Source: Octopus bimaculoides
Lineage: Eukaryota
DNA: 64,000 bases
Assembly (NCBI RefSeq): GCF_001194135.2
Contig: NC_068997.1
Location: forward strand, 33,826,965 to 33,890,964
Direction: 5' to 3'
Shown: positions 51,356-64,000 of the stretch, in pieces
Numbering within the stretch: position 1 is the first letter of the stretch
Layout: every line of letters begins with the position of its first letter
Position numbers and translations under genes: made by a program
Notes under the pieces: generated by a model
The model's database searches: none
Told to the model about the DNA's origin: nothing
What the model saw: the letters and a program-made list of their open reading frames with translations, nothing else

Positions 51356-52704
51356 AGTAACAACAATAAACCTCTGGCTCCGGCACATTTCAACGAAATT
51401 TCAAGCTCAGACATTAAGTCGAAGCGAAGTTTTAGTGCTGCACAGTGCGATAGAGTCTGAGATCACATGGTTTGGCAGTGAACTGTTTAACCTCACAATT
51501 ATGTCCATGCTCGTACACACACACACACACGAACACACGCACACATGAACACACGCACACACGCACACATACACAAACATACATACACACATACATGCAT
51601 ACATACACACATACATATATATACACACATGCATACTCATATATTTGTGTGTGTATGTGTTTGTGTATATGAGTGTGCGCGTATGTGTGTATACATGTTA
51701 GTGTATGCCTGTGCAAATACAATACAGATATGTTCTCATGTTTGATTGAACAAATAAATGCTTGGAAATCTGCAAGTCAATAGAATGTGAAATCGCCCGC
51801 ATTCTTTTAAAGTGCATATGGTTAGTGTGATGCATGAACAATATAATAGACCAATGGACATAATACATGCAAAACGATGGAGAGGAAACTATTGATAAAC
51901 TTTGAATCTCCAGAGTCGTAGAGAGGATGTAGAGTAAGTGTTAGGACATTAGTGATTGAGTGGATTGGGGGAATATTCTGATAAGAATCGAATCTGTACT
52001 ATTTGCGTTGTTTTATTGGAGGGAGATGAATTTATATCAAGAATAGCTGTTTTATATTGATTGATTGGTGGTAACTTTCTCTTTTTGTGTATGTGTTTGA
52101 TTTTGATACGAGAAGTTAAGGATAAAGAATCATACCCCTGGGTTTCATCAATTCTGAATTTCAGTGAAAGTTCAGCCGACCTGTCATTTTGTATATAGTA
52201 ACTCCTTTACTAAACAGACAGACCTTTAGAAAATATGAACAACTAAAGTAGATTAAAGATAAATGTGAGGTAAAAGTTAAAAATCAAGCAGAATACAAGT
52301 TCGGATTACTTAGGAAGAAATATGCCAAATGAATGAAATCTTTCAAATACCATTCTCAGAAAACTTCAAATGACTCAAAAGAAATCTTACAAGTTGGAGG
52401 TATTTGTTAAAAACTTGTATTAGTTTTCATCATAGGAACGGGAGAGAGAGGTTGACGTTAGTGCTTAAGCAATAGATATATACCATGGCCTATAATCTGG
52501 TTAAGGGCTTCGAAAATTTAGTCTTTAGGGTCTGGGATATCAACTTTGACAACAGAATCCCGATTTTCGGCTGCTGTACTGAGTTACACATTATTCCTGA
52601 ATTCCAAATGACATTATGGTACAAGTTTTTATAAACACGAGTAGTGACAAGACATCTATATAGCCATTCATACCTATCTATCTATCTATCTATCTCTCTC
52701 ACTC

Positions 52705-52781
<77 letters not shown>

Positions 52782-53199
52782 GAATGCACGCGCTCGTGTG
52801 TGTAAGTATGTATATGTATTAGAAGGAGATGCTGTACCCATGATCTTTTTCAGAGCCCCTGAAACTAGTAGAATGGAATGTAACCTTGTACCAGAGATCT
52901 AGCAGTCATGCTTCCAACAGAGTGGACTTTTCGAAAAGACCCCGAAGATTAATTGTGTATCTATTTATATGCTCAAATGCATCGATTATCCCAATGTGTG
53001 CAAGATGACATTGAAGAAAAATTGGAGTATGACAGAAATAAATATAGGAAAGGAAACAGATTATCGAGATAAAGTATATGGGGCAATGTCGAGAGTGAGT
53101 TAAGTTCATAACGAGAATAAGGGGAGAGAAATCAGTAATGAGTCTTTATCTGACACATTACTTCTTTGCGCTAGTCTCCAATGATGGACTGTAGCAGAT

Positions 53200-54600
53200 T
53201 CGTTGTAGTGTTGATTGTAATTGGATGATGAAACATTGTGTAAAGTGTTGTGTAGCACTGTGTTTAATGCTTTGTATAGTAGTCTTTGGTGGCTTTATGC
53301 GCTTTGACGAGTTTTACTGACGACTGGTGTAGTGTTGTGTGATGTAGTGCAGAGCAATCTAGTGTGGTTAAATGTTATTATTTAGTTGCAGATAAGCTCT
53401 GTTGGAGCAGACCTCATTCCAATAGTCATCTTCATGCGTTCTTGTGAACTAATGTCCAATGTGTTCTTCACGATTTTAAGTTAGTAGGTTGGATTTTGGG
53501 AATTTTGATAGCTATTTCTAGCTGGTCGTATAACTGCGTAGGTTTCTCTCGTTGGCTTGTTTGGTTAAATGGAATATGATGAGGTGTGGTGTGATGTTAT
53601 GTAGCGTTATGTGGTTTGGTATCCAGTGGTTCGTTTGTGGCTTTCACGAGACACCACATTGTTTATTATGGTGTGATGTGTCAATTCGTAATGTAGTATG
53701 GTGCAGTGTGTGAAGGCGCAATGGCCCAGTGGTTAGGGCAGCGGACTCGCGGTCATAGGATCGCGGTTTCGATTCCCAGACCGGGCGTTGTGAGTGTTTA
53801 TTGAGCGAAAACACCTAAAGCTCCACGAGGCTCCGGCAGGGGATGGTGGCGAACCCTGCTGTACTCTTTCACCACAACTTTCTCTCACTCTTACTTCCTG
53901 TTTCTGTCGTGCCTGTAATTCAAAGGGTCAGCCTTGTCACACTGTGTCACGCTGAATATCCCCGAGAACTACGTTAAGGGTACACGTGTCTGTGGAGTGC
54001 TCAGCCACTTGCACGTTAATTTCACGAGCAGGCTGTTCCGTTGATCGGATCAACTGGAACCCTCGATGTCGTAAGCGACGGAGTGCCAACAACAATGGTG
54101 CAGTGTATGTAGTGTGGTGTGATTTGATGGAAAATCGTTTGACAATACATAGTGTCAAGATGTGCTTTGAATTAGTTTAATATAAATACAAAGCGAAGTA
54201 ATGTGTGATGTTGTGCACGCTAACATGGCGTAGTGTTGTGTTTATTGTTGTAAAAATGATGTGTTATAGAGTTGAAGATGTGGTGCAGTGAGGTGTTGTA
54301 TCTAGTATCATATTTTAAACTGTTGTGGAGTGGTGCATCATGGAGAAGTAACATTGTGGTTAACTCTAATGTAAACTGTAACGTGGTGTAATATGTTTGT
54401 AGTATGTGATCTGGAGTATGGTCTACTGTGCAGTGTATGTTGAGCTTGGTATCATATTTGCCGGTTGTGTTGAGGTGAGTCATGATGTAGTGTAGAGTAT
54501 TATTCTGAGGCTTGATGTTGTGTACGTAGAATGGTGAACTGTAATGCAGTGTAGCGTGATATGAAGTGGTATAAAGTAGTGGCTATGGTGTAGACAGCTG
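53200..54600. repeat. Degenerate pentamer-like (TGTAG/TGTGG) low-complexity tract interrupted by SINE C
   Basis: Repeated gtgtagtg, gtgtggtg and gtgatgt words. Confidence 0.55.
53715..54095 (+). mobile_element. SINE family C, full length with 12-bp TSD
   Basis: A-box TGGCCCAGTGG, B-box GGTTTCGATTCC, 3' hairpin gtcg-taag-cgac plus (CAA)n; atggtgcagtgt at 53698-53709 and 54095-54106. Confidence 0.9.
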
Positions 54601-55864
54601 TTTGATTAAATAGGTTTTGATGTCGTCTGGCTTATTCAAATACTACTTGGGCGAATTCCTTGTAGGAGCTGCTCAAATACAACTAGCTAATGTGTCTCAT
54701 AACTTACCCACTTTCTTTCTCTTGTTTTTTTTCTTCTTTAAATAAAAAGGCCATATTGAAAGATAAATTGAAACAACTCCTCTTTAAACGCTATGCTATT
54801 GGCTTTTTTTACTATTTGTTTTCCTGTCCAAATAGATGATTTTATTTTACATCGTTAACGTCTCGTTCTCCCCTCCCTTTCACACACATGTACATATGCA
54901 CACACGGACACACGCACGTATACACACATATATGCACACATGCACATACACATACATACATACATACATACATACATGCACACACATACGCACAAACGTA
55001 AGTACACTTTCACATACGCATACATATACCTATGTGAGCACACACATACATATATCTTTCGCAAATTCATATCCTTCTACCCCATCACTCTCTCGCAACA
55101 TCATAACAGATTTTTTTGCTCAACCTCCACACTACTACTTTTACAGATTCGCATTTTTACCATCCATCACCACTCTACCTGTATTACAAATGTCGTCTAC
55201 CTATTCTTTTCTTATTGTTAGCTCTCCTATCACTTTTTCGGCTTAACAACATTGACCATCTTTCTATCTCACTTCCTCACTTCCTTCAAATCAACACTAA
55301 CCATCTTCACCCACCTGTCCTGCTCACGTCTGTGTGTCACTCCTTTAAGAGGTTCATGTTTGTTAAAACGAAGTCATGTCGCCGCCATGACACTTCCGGT
55401 ATGTTCGCACCAATACGACAAAGTTACTCCCACCGACAGCAAACATCTTGTTCATTAGTTTATTCTGCACATAAGTACACATACTTGTACGTCTAATTAC
55501 CCTTCCATTCAACTCATATCACCTACCCACTTATCCATCCCTCCATTTTAACTAGAACCCTCCCTCCAACTGAAATTTCATCTCTCTTCAACCCTTCTTC
55601 TCTATTTTTTCTCTGAACTGTCACTCTTCTTCAATGTCTCATTTCTTACCGCCACTTCTCACCCTTTACTTATTTATCTTTTATTCGCTCTATAGTTTCT
55701 CTCTCTCTCACATTTCTCTCTTTTCTAAAAATCACACATTCTTATTTTCACTCTCGTTTTCTCTATTTCTTTTCCCATGCTTTTCGTTTTCTTTTAATCT
55801 TTACTATAATCAACAACATCGAGGGAAGTGGATAGGCAGATTTTTGAGTGTCAGAAAAAAAAAT

Positions 55865-56045
55865 GAGCTGCATTATTTGTTCCGGTTCTTTACGTTCTGA
55901 GATCAAATCCCGCCAACAGAAACTCACCAGTTCAGAATTGGCCTTTCATCCTTCCAAGATCGATAAAATTAGGTACTAGTTAAGTACTGGGGGCTATATC
56001 AACTAAACTTCCCTAACATTTCAGACTCTGTACTTATGTTAGAAA
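55865..56045 (+). mobile_element. SINE family A, diverged
   Basis: tttacgttctgagatcaaatc..gcctttcatcc..gtactgggg core. Confidence 0.55.
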
Positions 56046-56879
56046 TAATTATCAACTACTCTATATCAAAAACAAAGATACCAGTGCTATACTAGGCAAT
56101 ATCTCCAGAAGCACACCAATTTTCTTTCAAGATCACACCAACAACAATAACAATCTCACATCAACAAGATCCCACCAACAACAATAAAAACATCACAAAA
56201 TTACAACTATCACTACTACACCCCCACTACCACTACCATCATTACATCATCACCAAGGGAACATCTTTAACAAAGAATGGGGAACCTCTCGCCTGCCGAA
56301 TTTCCTCCACATTCAAATTTGAAAGCAGTTAAAATTAGCAGATAGATCTCTCTTAAATTACATCACCCTGTCTTAAAAAAAAAAGAAAGGTCGGGGAGTC
56401 GTTGGATACACTATGTTGGAATAACAGTTGAGTGGTTACGGCCAAAATACCCTCAACCATAGGTTTTCTCATTCATGACTGGCCTTTGGCTAAACTACAT
56501 CACCCAGCAGCATTTAAGCCTTAACCCTTTACAGGGTCGCCACGATTGAAGAGGAGGAGGAAGGAAGTTATTAAAAACTTGGAAACCGAGTCTGAATGTT
56601 TGCAAGAGCGGCCTTCACTAAAGGCATCTAAGATGCTAGATAGTGATGTTAAACCTAGCGACAGTTCAAGTATATCACACAAATTGCTTAAACAAATACT
56701 ATAAAAAACCTATTCCGACCTTACTGTTCCGCTAATCTACCGTTCTGAATTGGCAGTTTCCTGTCGGCTCCAAAAGGATGAAAGCCAAAGGTGACTTTAA
56801 TATACACAGCTATAAAAACCATCAGTATTCAGGAAAAATAAAAATGTTTACTGCATTAATATATATATAAAATAGATGC

Positions 56880-57700
56880 TGGGAGTAACAAAGAATTGTG
56901 CAGCGGATGAAGAGATGAAGAAACAATAGGAAAAAAAGACATCAAACCGAAAATTACATAACCCAAAATTAAGGAGATATTTTAAAAAATGCAGCCATAC
57001 AGTTAATACTGAACTCGGTAAGACTGAGCGGAACCAAAGCGGATGAAGAAAATCTCAGGACTAGCTGAAATACTCAAGACTCAAAACTGCAACTGAAGGT
57101 TTATTAATAGCAGCAGAAATCTGTAATCTCAACCGAAACTATCAAAAACATATATACATAAAGTAACTGCAAACTATATGAACATGATGAAGAAACAGAT
57201 AATATTTTTTTCTGGATGCAAAGGTGTAAGTCAAAAGAAAATATATACTGACATGATACAATCGAAGCTTTCCTGCAGAAAAGAGATAAAGCAAACATAC
57301 ACCACGACAGATACCAGAGAATGATAAATTCATACATGCCAATATATTCAGACTGAGAGATTAAGACCACAAGAATAAGAATGCCAGCTAATGTATTCAT
57401 CAGTTTCAACAGACAGTAATGTATCTCTAAAAGAAATGCAGACAATAACCAAATATAACAGCGTGGAAATAGCGATATTCAGAAAGATGGGATTGAAAAA
57501 GTAACAATAGATTGCATGAGAATGGTGAAATAAAATAAAAACAAATGTAAAGCCTAACTCCTAGAACTTAGACTTATACACAACACGCGGAAAATAACAC
57601 AAGGCACTGCATTCCCAAGATAAGCAGCATTGCCGTGCCTTGAGTTGAGCAGTATAAACATACAATAACAAATAAGAGTAGTGAATAAAAATAATGATGA
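56880..57700 (+). mobile_element. Degenerate R4/Dong-like 3' part
   Basis: Broken EETDNIFSGCK..ENIY.HD and FINVSVSTDSNVSLKE-like remnants; (AAT)n array 57700-57764 follows. Confidence 0.5.
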
Positions 57701-57711
57701 TGATGATAATG

Positions 57712-57764
<53 letters not shown>

Positions 57765-57765
<1 letters not shown>

Positions 57766-57887
57766 GTTTCAAATTTTGCCACTAGGACAGCCATTTTGGG
57801 GGAGGAGATGGGTCGATGTAATCGATCCCAGTGTTCAACTGGTACTTATTTCATCGAGCACAAAAGGATGAAAGGCATAATTTGAAC

Positions 57888-57888
<1 letters not shown>
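57765..57888 (-). mobile_element. SINE family A, 3' half between TTA arrays
   Basis: Core and tail; arrays on both sides. Confidence 0.75.
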
Positions 57889-57936
<48 letters not shown>

Positions 57937-57943
57937 TGTAATT

Positions 57944-58077
57944 GCACACATCCTACGTAAAACACTTTCAATACAGTAACCATAAGAGCATCACAGCAAA
58001 CCACAGCACGTACCCAAGGCACACAGAGCTGCGATCGGTAATGCAGAGAAAGCACGTTATAAAAATAAGACTACTGC
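57944..58077 (+). mobile_element. Isolated 3' tail of the 16171-20150 Dong family inside a (TAA)n array
   Basis: gcacacatcctacgtaaaacacttt...tacccaaggcacacaga...aaaataagactactg matches the reverse complement of about 16171-16320; TAA arrays on both sides. Confidence 0.85.
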
Positions 58078-58123
<46 letters not shown>

Positions 58124-58125
<2 letters not shown>

Positions 58126-59009
58126 GTTTCAGTTATTTGCCATTAGGGCGAAGGACGAGAGGGCCTATACAAAACAAACAAGGTGTGGGGATTTACATAT
58201 AAATGAAATTATTAAAAAAATATTGTGTAAGTATACACGGAATACAATGCAAAAGGAAAGGAAATGTACATAGTACACAAAGGTTAAGAAGAAAAGAGCG
58301 GGAATGATAGAGATGTAGTCCTCCTGATAAGGATGACCTCTAGGGATAATGGAGGAACCCCACTGTCCAAAATCTCCTTGGACATCAAGGGCAAGTGCCC
58401 TCTCCAATTCCCTTTCTCTGACTCACAAGTTTACACTTAGAGTGATACCATCCACTCTTGCCATTTTCGTAACTTTCATCCACCTTTCAATAAACTCACT
58501 CAAGGTCAGCGCTTCCTTCTCCACTCTCAGTTTCCTTTTCAAGGGAAACTCGAAGAAGTCAATGAGACCTGTACCAAAGAGGAATGTATCTGTCTTCATG
58601 CTTTTCAACCTCTTCCTTCAGATAACCTCTTTCGCCACAGCCACCAGGCAAAGGATAACTGCCTTGCTTGCCCAATTAAAGGTGGGTAGCGAGGCAATAA
58701 TCACTATGGACTCGGCCGGTAGACGGATCCGTCCCACACATGATAGTAGCTGTTCGACATGATCCCACAAGTCAGTAATGCCCGGACACTGAACGAGTGC
58801 GTGCAGAAGGTTTCGTCACTCTGCGTGCACCTCGGACAAGTTAATCTGAGAGCATATTCGTGCTTGTAGAATGTATCTCGAACCAGTAGGGCCCCCTGTT
58901 AGCACTGCTAAGCCAAGGACATCTGGAAATTATCCATGATGGTTCCTAACCGGAAAGCTGTCCGGAACAGACTGGCCAGTTCGTTTTCGTCGACGCCCAG
59001 GGTCTCCCC

Positions 59010-59010
<1 letters not shown>
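58124..59010 (-). mobile_element. Tx1-clade LINE 3' fragment flanked on both sides by TTA arrays
   Basis: Homologous to about 59262-60165; FLFGTGLIDFFEFPLKRKLRVEKEAL..WMKVTKMARV; arrays at 58078-58123 and 59010-59051. Confidence 0.85.
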
Positions 59011-59052
<42 letters not shown>

Positions 59053-59053
<1 letters not shown>

Positions 59054-59244
59054 CTTCAGATTTTGGCACAAGGCCAGCAGTTTTGGGGGAGTAACCAAGT
59101 CGATTACATCAACTCCAGTATTTAACTGGTACTTATTTTATTGACCCCAAAAGGATGAAAGGCAAAGTCGACCTCGGAAAAATTTGAACTCAGAACGTAG
59201 CGACGGACGAAATACCGCTAAGCATTCTGCCAGCTCGCCGCCTT
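59053..59244 (-). mobile_element. SINE family A
   Basis: Head and tail intact, small internal deletion. Confidence 0.85.
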
Positions 59245-59261
59245 AACAAAAAAAATAATTA

Positions 59262-62200
59262 TTTTCATTTCTTTCTATTTTCCACCAGGGCGAAGAATGA
59301 GGGAGACAAAGCAAAAACAGACATAAATAATGGGGGGTGGTTTACAAATAATGGAATGATATATCAAAAAAAAAAAAAAGAAAAAAAAGAAAAAGGAGAA
59401 GTATACACAGTATACATTAAAAGAAGTGAAGTATATATAGTATACGACAATAAGAAAAACATTGTGATGGGTTGGTCCTTCTGATACAGGAAGATCTCTA
59501 AGGATGATCGAGAAACCCCACCATCTAAGATACCCCTGAATACCTCGGACGAATATCTTATCCAACTCCTTTCCTTCAACTCACAGTCTACACTGAGAGT
59601 GCTACCATCCACTCTTGCCATTTTCGCAACTTACATCCAACTTTTCATAAACTCACTCGAGGACAGCACTTCTCTCTCCACTCTCATTTTCTTTTTCAAA
59701 TGAATCTTGAAAAAGTCGATAAGGACTTAACCAAAGAAGAATGTCTCTGCCCTCATTCCTTTCAGCCTCGTCCACCAGATAACCTCTTTCGCCACAGCCA
59801 CCAGGTAAAGGAAAACTGCCTTGCCTGCTCGATAAAAGAGGGCGGCGGGGCAATCATCGCTATAGACTCAGACGACAGGCTGATCCGTCCAACACGCGAC
59901 AGCAGCTGTTCGACATAACCCCACAAGTCGGCAATTGCCGGACACTGAACGAGTGCATGCAGAACGTTGTCGCTCTGTGAGCACCTCGGACAAGCTCGTC
60001 TGGCAGCAAATCCGTGCTTGTAGAATTTATCTCGAACCAGTAGCGCCGCCCGATAGCACTGCTAAGCCAAAGACATCTGGAAATTATCCATGATGGTTCC
60101 CGACCTGAAAGTCCTCCGGAACAGATTGGTCAGTTTATCTTCGTCAACGCCCAGAGTCTCCCTCATAACGTCGTCGCACTTTCCCATCACTAATCCTCTA
60201 TGAATAGCTAAAGTGGAATATCCACCGATTCTATTGCCCGACTGGTAGAGGACAGTGAGCGTCTGACGACATTCTAAGTATCAGGCGCCCAGTCTTGGTC
60301 CATCCTTCTCCCAGGACTGCAGCTCCGTCAAAAGACAAGTTGCGGAAATACGTGCCTCACAAACGGAGCCCACATACGTTCGCCTTCTAGAAATCGTTGC
60401 AGGTGGCGCAACCTGGGCGCATGTCTGCTCATCAACAGCCTTGGCATGCCTAAGCCGCCACTTAGAGGGAGCTGACAGCAGATTGACTACCTGACCATTG
60501 GAACGCATCCCTTCCACAGGAACATGAATAAGAGACGCTCCAAATTGATCAAGCAATAACTGGGGCAAAGCACGATGGTCAGACGATACATGATAATGGA
60601 GGCGATGTAGACATTCTCCATCTCTTCCCGACGTTCCAAGGACAACAGTCTCTCAGCCCATTTCTGAGAAAGACTGGTCACCCTGTTTGTAACCTCGTCC
60701 CAATTCTTATCCAGCTGGAGATCAGGACGTAACAGATCCCGAGCAGTTTAACTGGTCCGTCAATCCAGAGTCCGACGACGCCGTATGGCGGCATCGACCT
60801 GCTTCTCCAGGTACCCAGTTGCAAGCTCACCGACTTCGCAATGATTTTAGCCCCTGAAACCCACTCATATTCTTCTAGAATGGAACCGACCGTCTCCACT
60901 TCAGAGGCGCCTGACATCATCACGGCGACATCGTCCGCGTATGCAGATACTGCTCTTTCGAGCCCAGTTCGAAAGGGATACCCCTGAACTGTCCCAACTT
61001 CAGCAGCAGTGGCTCGAGAGCCAGCGCGTACAGAAGAGGTGACAGCGGGCAGCCCTGACAAATTGAGCGTGCGATGTTAAACGGTTCCGATAGATGGCCA
61101 TTTACTTTGACTACCGAGCAGATGTCGCTGTGCATTGCAGTGATCGAGCCACTGAAAACGAGTCCGAAACCGGACGCTTTAAGGTCGGCTTCGGGTAGCG
61201 ATGGTCGACCCTATCGAATACTTTTGATTGATCCATGTTGATCAGGGCCCCACCGAAGCCAGCTTTCGTCCTAGCCCACACTATGATGTATCTAATAAGG
61301 TGGAGGTTGTCGAGGATAGACCTCTTCGGGATTGTGCACGTTTGTGCTTCCTCTACTAGACTACGAACGACAATCGACAACCTTTTCGCTAACACCTTTG
61401 CCAAAATCTTAAACTCTGTGTTTAGCAGAGTTATGGGCCGAAAGTTCTCTAGTATGTCCTCACTGTCGGCGTCCTTCTTCAGCAGTGTCACTACACTCCG
61501 ACTAACAGCACTGATAATTCTCCCGTGTTGCCAGTTGCAGTAAACGTGTGCCAAGAGGCTGCCAAACAAATCTGGCATAAATATATAGAATTCATAGGGC
61601 AGACAATCTAAACCTGGCGATTTGCGACTTGTGCAATCGTTCATCGCCTCTCGTATTTTAGTGGCCGTTATCGGTTTTTCGTAGAACTTCGCGTCTGCTG
61701 CCGAGATCCGCTACAGGCCATCTAGATACGAGATAAAGTCTATTTTGACCCATCACTCCCTCCAAACAGTTGCGTGAAGTGCTGCTGAAAACCCGCACAC
61801 ATCTGCTCAGAACCATGTAGCATGCATCTGTTCCAATCCGTCAAAGATCCGATCATGGTTTTGTTGCCACGTCGCGTCTTTACCGATCGAGACCATAGGA
61901 CGGCTTTAGTTTCCTCATGTTTTAGCGCAATGGCTTTAGTTGTGACAACGCAACCTTCGTGTTTCGCCTCAAAGAAATGGTTAAGAGCCGTTCTCGCCAA
62001 TAACACGTCAGTCGCGATGCCTTTAATAATTGCCTCTTCTAGTTTTCTATCTAGTTCTCCATAGTTCTTTCTATTGCTAACTCTTTGCTAAACTTTATCG
62101 ATTCTGCTTCAATCACCCTCTTCAGGGCTATTCATCACCGGCTCTTAGCGATTTGCCCCATCAACTGCCGTTTAACTAGTTCACTAATCTGGTCCTTGTA

Positions 62201-63574
62201 GTCTTTGCGTGTCGGAAAGGACGCGTTCAACCTCCAGTAACCGGGTCCCTGTCTACGCGTCCTATCTAAATCGACTGTGCAGATCACAAATTTGTGGGCT
62301 GTGTAGCCGATCAATTTGAATTGTGGACACCCTATACTATCCTTATCCACTGACCTAACAAATACTTCATCAAGATACAATCTGGATGATCCATTGTGAT
62401 TGCTCCATGTCCACGCCGGCACATCAGAGAAATTCAATCGATTCCTGTCAGAAAGCTGGAAGTTTCTGAGTAGGTTTTTGAGGCTTTTACACACACTTCT
62501 ATGTACTAAACCCATACAATCCTTCCACGTGTTCAAAATACTATTCCAGTCCCCCATTAGTACTAAAGTGCGAGACGTTCCCAGGAATGTTTCTAGACGC
62601 CTGAAGAAATCTGGCCTCCCAGCCCCTGCCGGAGCACACACGGCAACCAATCTAAAGGCGTCACCTTCAGTCATTCACATCTAGATCCACCAACCTACCG
62701 TCCATATCCAAGAAGAATGCCCTTACTTTGAGACCGAATGATTTTCGGGATAACACTGCTACACCACCGCCCGCTCTCGACAGACCACAAGATGAGAATA
62801 TCTCGCAGTCTTCAAAAATAGCCCCGAACATTTACACAGCCAACTCTAAGTGTAGCCATATAACTTAGAGGAAAGAAAATGGCATTACGTACCTTGGTCG
62901 TCAGGGATAACTATTGACACAGTCTTCTTTTTGATGGAGTGGGGAAGGGTTTTTCTAGGAAGTTTTTTTTTGGGGGGGGGGTACTTGTTAAACCCTCCAA
63001 TGTCCTGGTGAATTTCATTTGGATTAATATCCTGTGCGGTGGCGTTTTCTGGAGGAGTTCCGCAAAACCTCCACTTGTAATGTTTTTGTTATTAATAACT
63101 TCCTCAATCAATTCAGTATTGCTCTTCTGAAGAACAGTGAAATTGAAGGAAGTACTTGCCCGTGAGTGTGACTGTTGGTCATTTTGTTTCTCGGGTATTT
63201 CATTTTGTTTCTGTGTTTTTTTTGTAGTAGTGAATGTGTTTGTAAAAATGGGTTGTCTTGTGATGACGTTGATGTTGGTGTTGATTTGTTTTTAAATTGG
63301 AGTTGTGACGGATTTTGTTTTTCTACCGTCATGTCTTAGGCCCTTCAATTTGGGCCGACCTCTGTTTCATAATCAGTTTTTCTCTTATCTCCGACAAAGG
63401 CCTTTTGGTGCGGTGTCAATGAAGACTTTGATTTTGCGAGGCCTGAGTCGGAGGAAGGAGGCCGATGCAAGGTAATAGATTTGTCCTCACCTTGAGTAGA
63501 TGGTAGTAATGGTGGAGAGTTTCGTGCTTCCTCCACCACGGGGCAAAAGTTCTCATTCCTAAGATATTTTTCGA

Positions 63575-63576
<2 letters not shown>
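59262..63576 (-). mobile_element. Tx1-clade (L1 group) LINE, 5'-truncated and frameshifted
   Basis: APE endonuclease (AVCAP..LMGDWN..WTW..LDEVF, 62135-62674); RT KSPGLDCLPYEFY..RPITLLNTEFKILAK..DQSKVFDRVDH, QGCPLSPLLY, SAYADDV; C-terminal CPRC..HALVQC; ORF1 remnant 62911-63539. Confidence 0.9.
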
Positions 63577-63646
<70 letters not shown>

Positions 63647-63647
<1 letters not shown>

Positions 63648-64000
63648 TTATGTTTAACCTTTGCTTTACGTTTGTACAAGTTGGTTCCAAGTCTCACCCA
63701 GAGACCTCAAGAGACAACAAGTTAGAAGTTCATGTAGGTGTTATGCCTAGGGTACCATATATTTGGATTTGTACATAGTGTTGTTCTAGAGAATATTTAA
63801 GAAACCATAAGAGAATTATGTGTTTGCTTTAAAACTTGAGATTACATAGAAAGTATTTTGCGTAGGATATGGGCAGTTCCCATGTGCACTATCTTTTGAA
63901 TTTCTGCCATTTTGGGGTTTCCTGGTATCTGGGCTAGGTAGCAATCAGCCCCTTTTGCTATCATTCCCAGGGCACCCATGACAACAGGTATTGTTTTAGT
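63647..64000 (-). mobile_element. R4/Dong-like 3' end (continues beyond window)
   Basis: TIPVVMGALGMIAKGADCYLAQIPGNPKMAEIQKIVHMGTAHILRKILSM*; tail array 63577-63646. Confidence 0.85.

Noticed and set aside
53715-53790. tRNA gene-like sequences (also heads of SINE A and B)
   Set aside because: They have A/B boxes but no complete cloverleaf, and continue into SINE bodies with TSDs

Overview
AT-rich, microsatellite-dense eukaryotic genomic DNA with several N gaps. The repeat content suggests an Octopus (coleoid cephalopod) draft scaffold; this is an inference from recalled repeat families. The only host gene sequence found is one 262-bp internal exon of hedgehog (31454-31715, minus strand), equivalent to vertebrate SHH exon 2, with canonical AG/GT boundaries. 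No other hedgehog exon was recognised, so most or all of the window is probably intron, more than 31 kb on each side. The rest is mobile DNA: an RT-less Ty3/gypsy element with identical visible LTR segments, about 11 R4/Dong-like RLE retrotransposon pieces, 3 Tx1-clade LINE copies plus one Tx1-like tail, an RTE 3' end, two mariner relics, a probable hAT MITE, three tRNA-derived SINE families (20+ copies), Penelope-like remnants with decayed hammerhead motifs, and many simple repeats. The most striking pattern is strand-polarised use of (TAA)n/(TTA)n arrays: Dong ends read into (TAA)n, while Tx1 ends and SINE family A read into (TTA)n. This gives repeated tail-to-tail junctions sharing one array, and SINE A and Tx1 have similar 3' terminal motifs. 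The hedgehog exon also has Gln at the position of a Ca2+-ligand Asp (human SHH D131). Boundaries of decayed elements are approximate and were read by eye.
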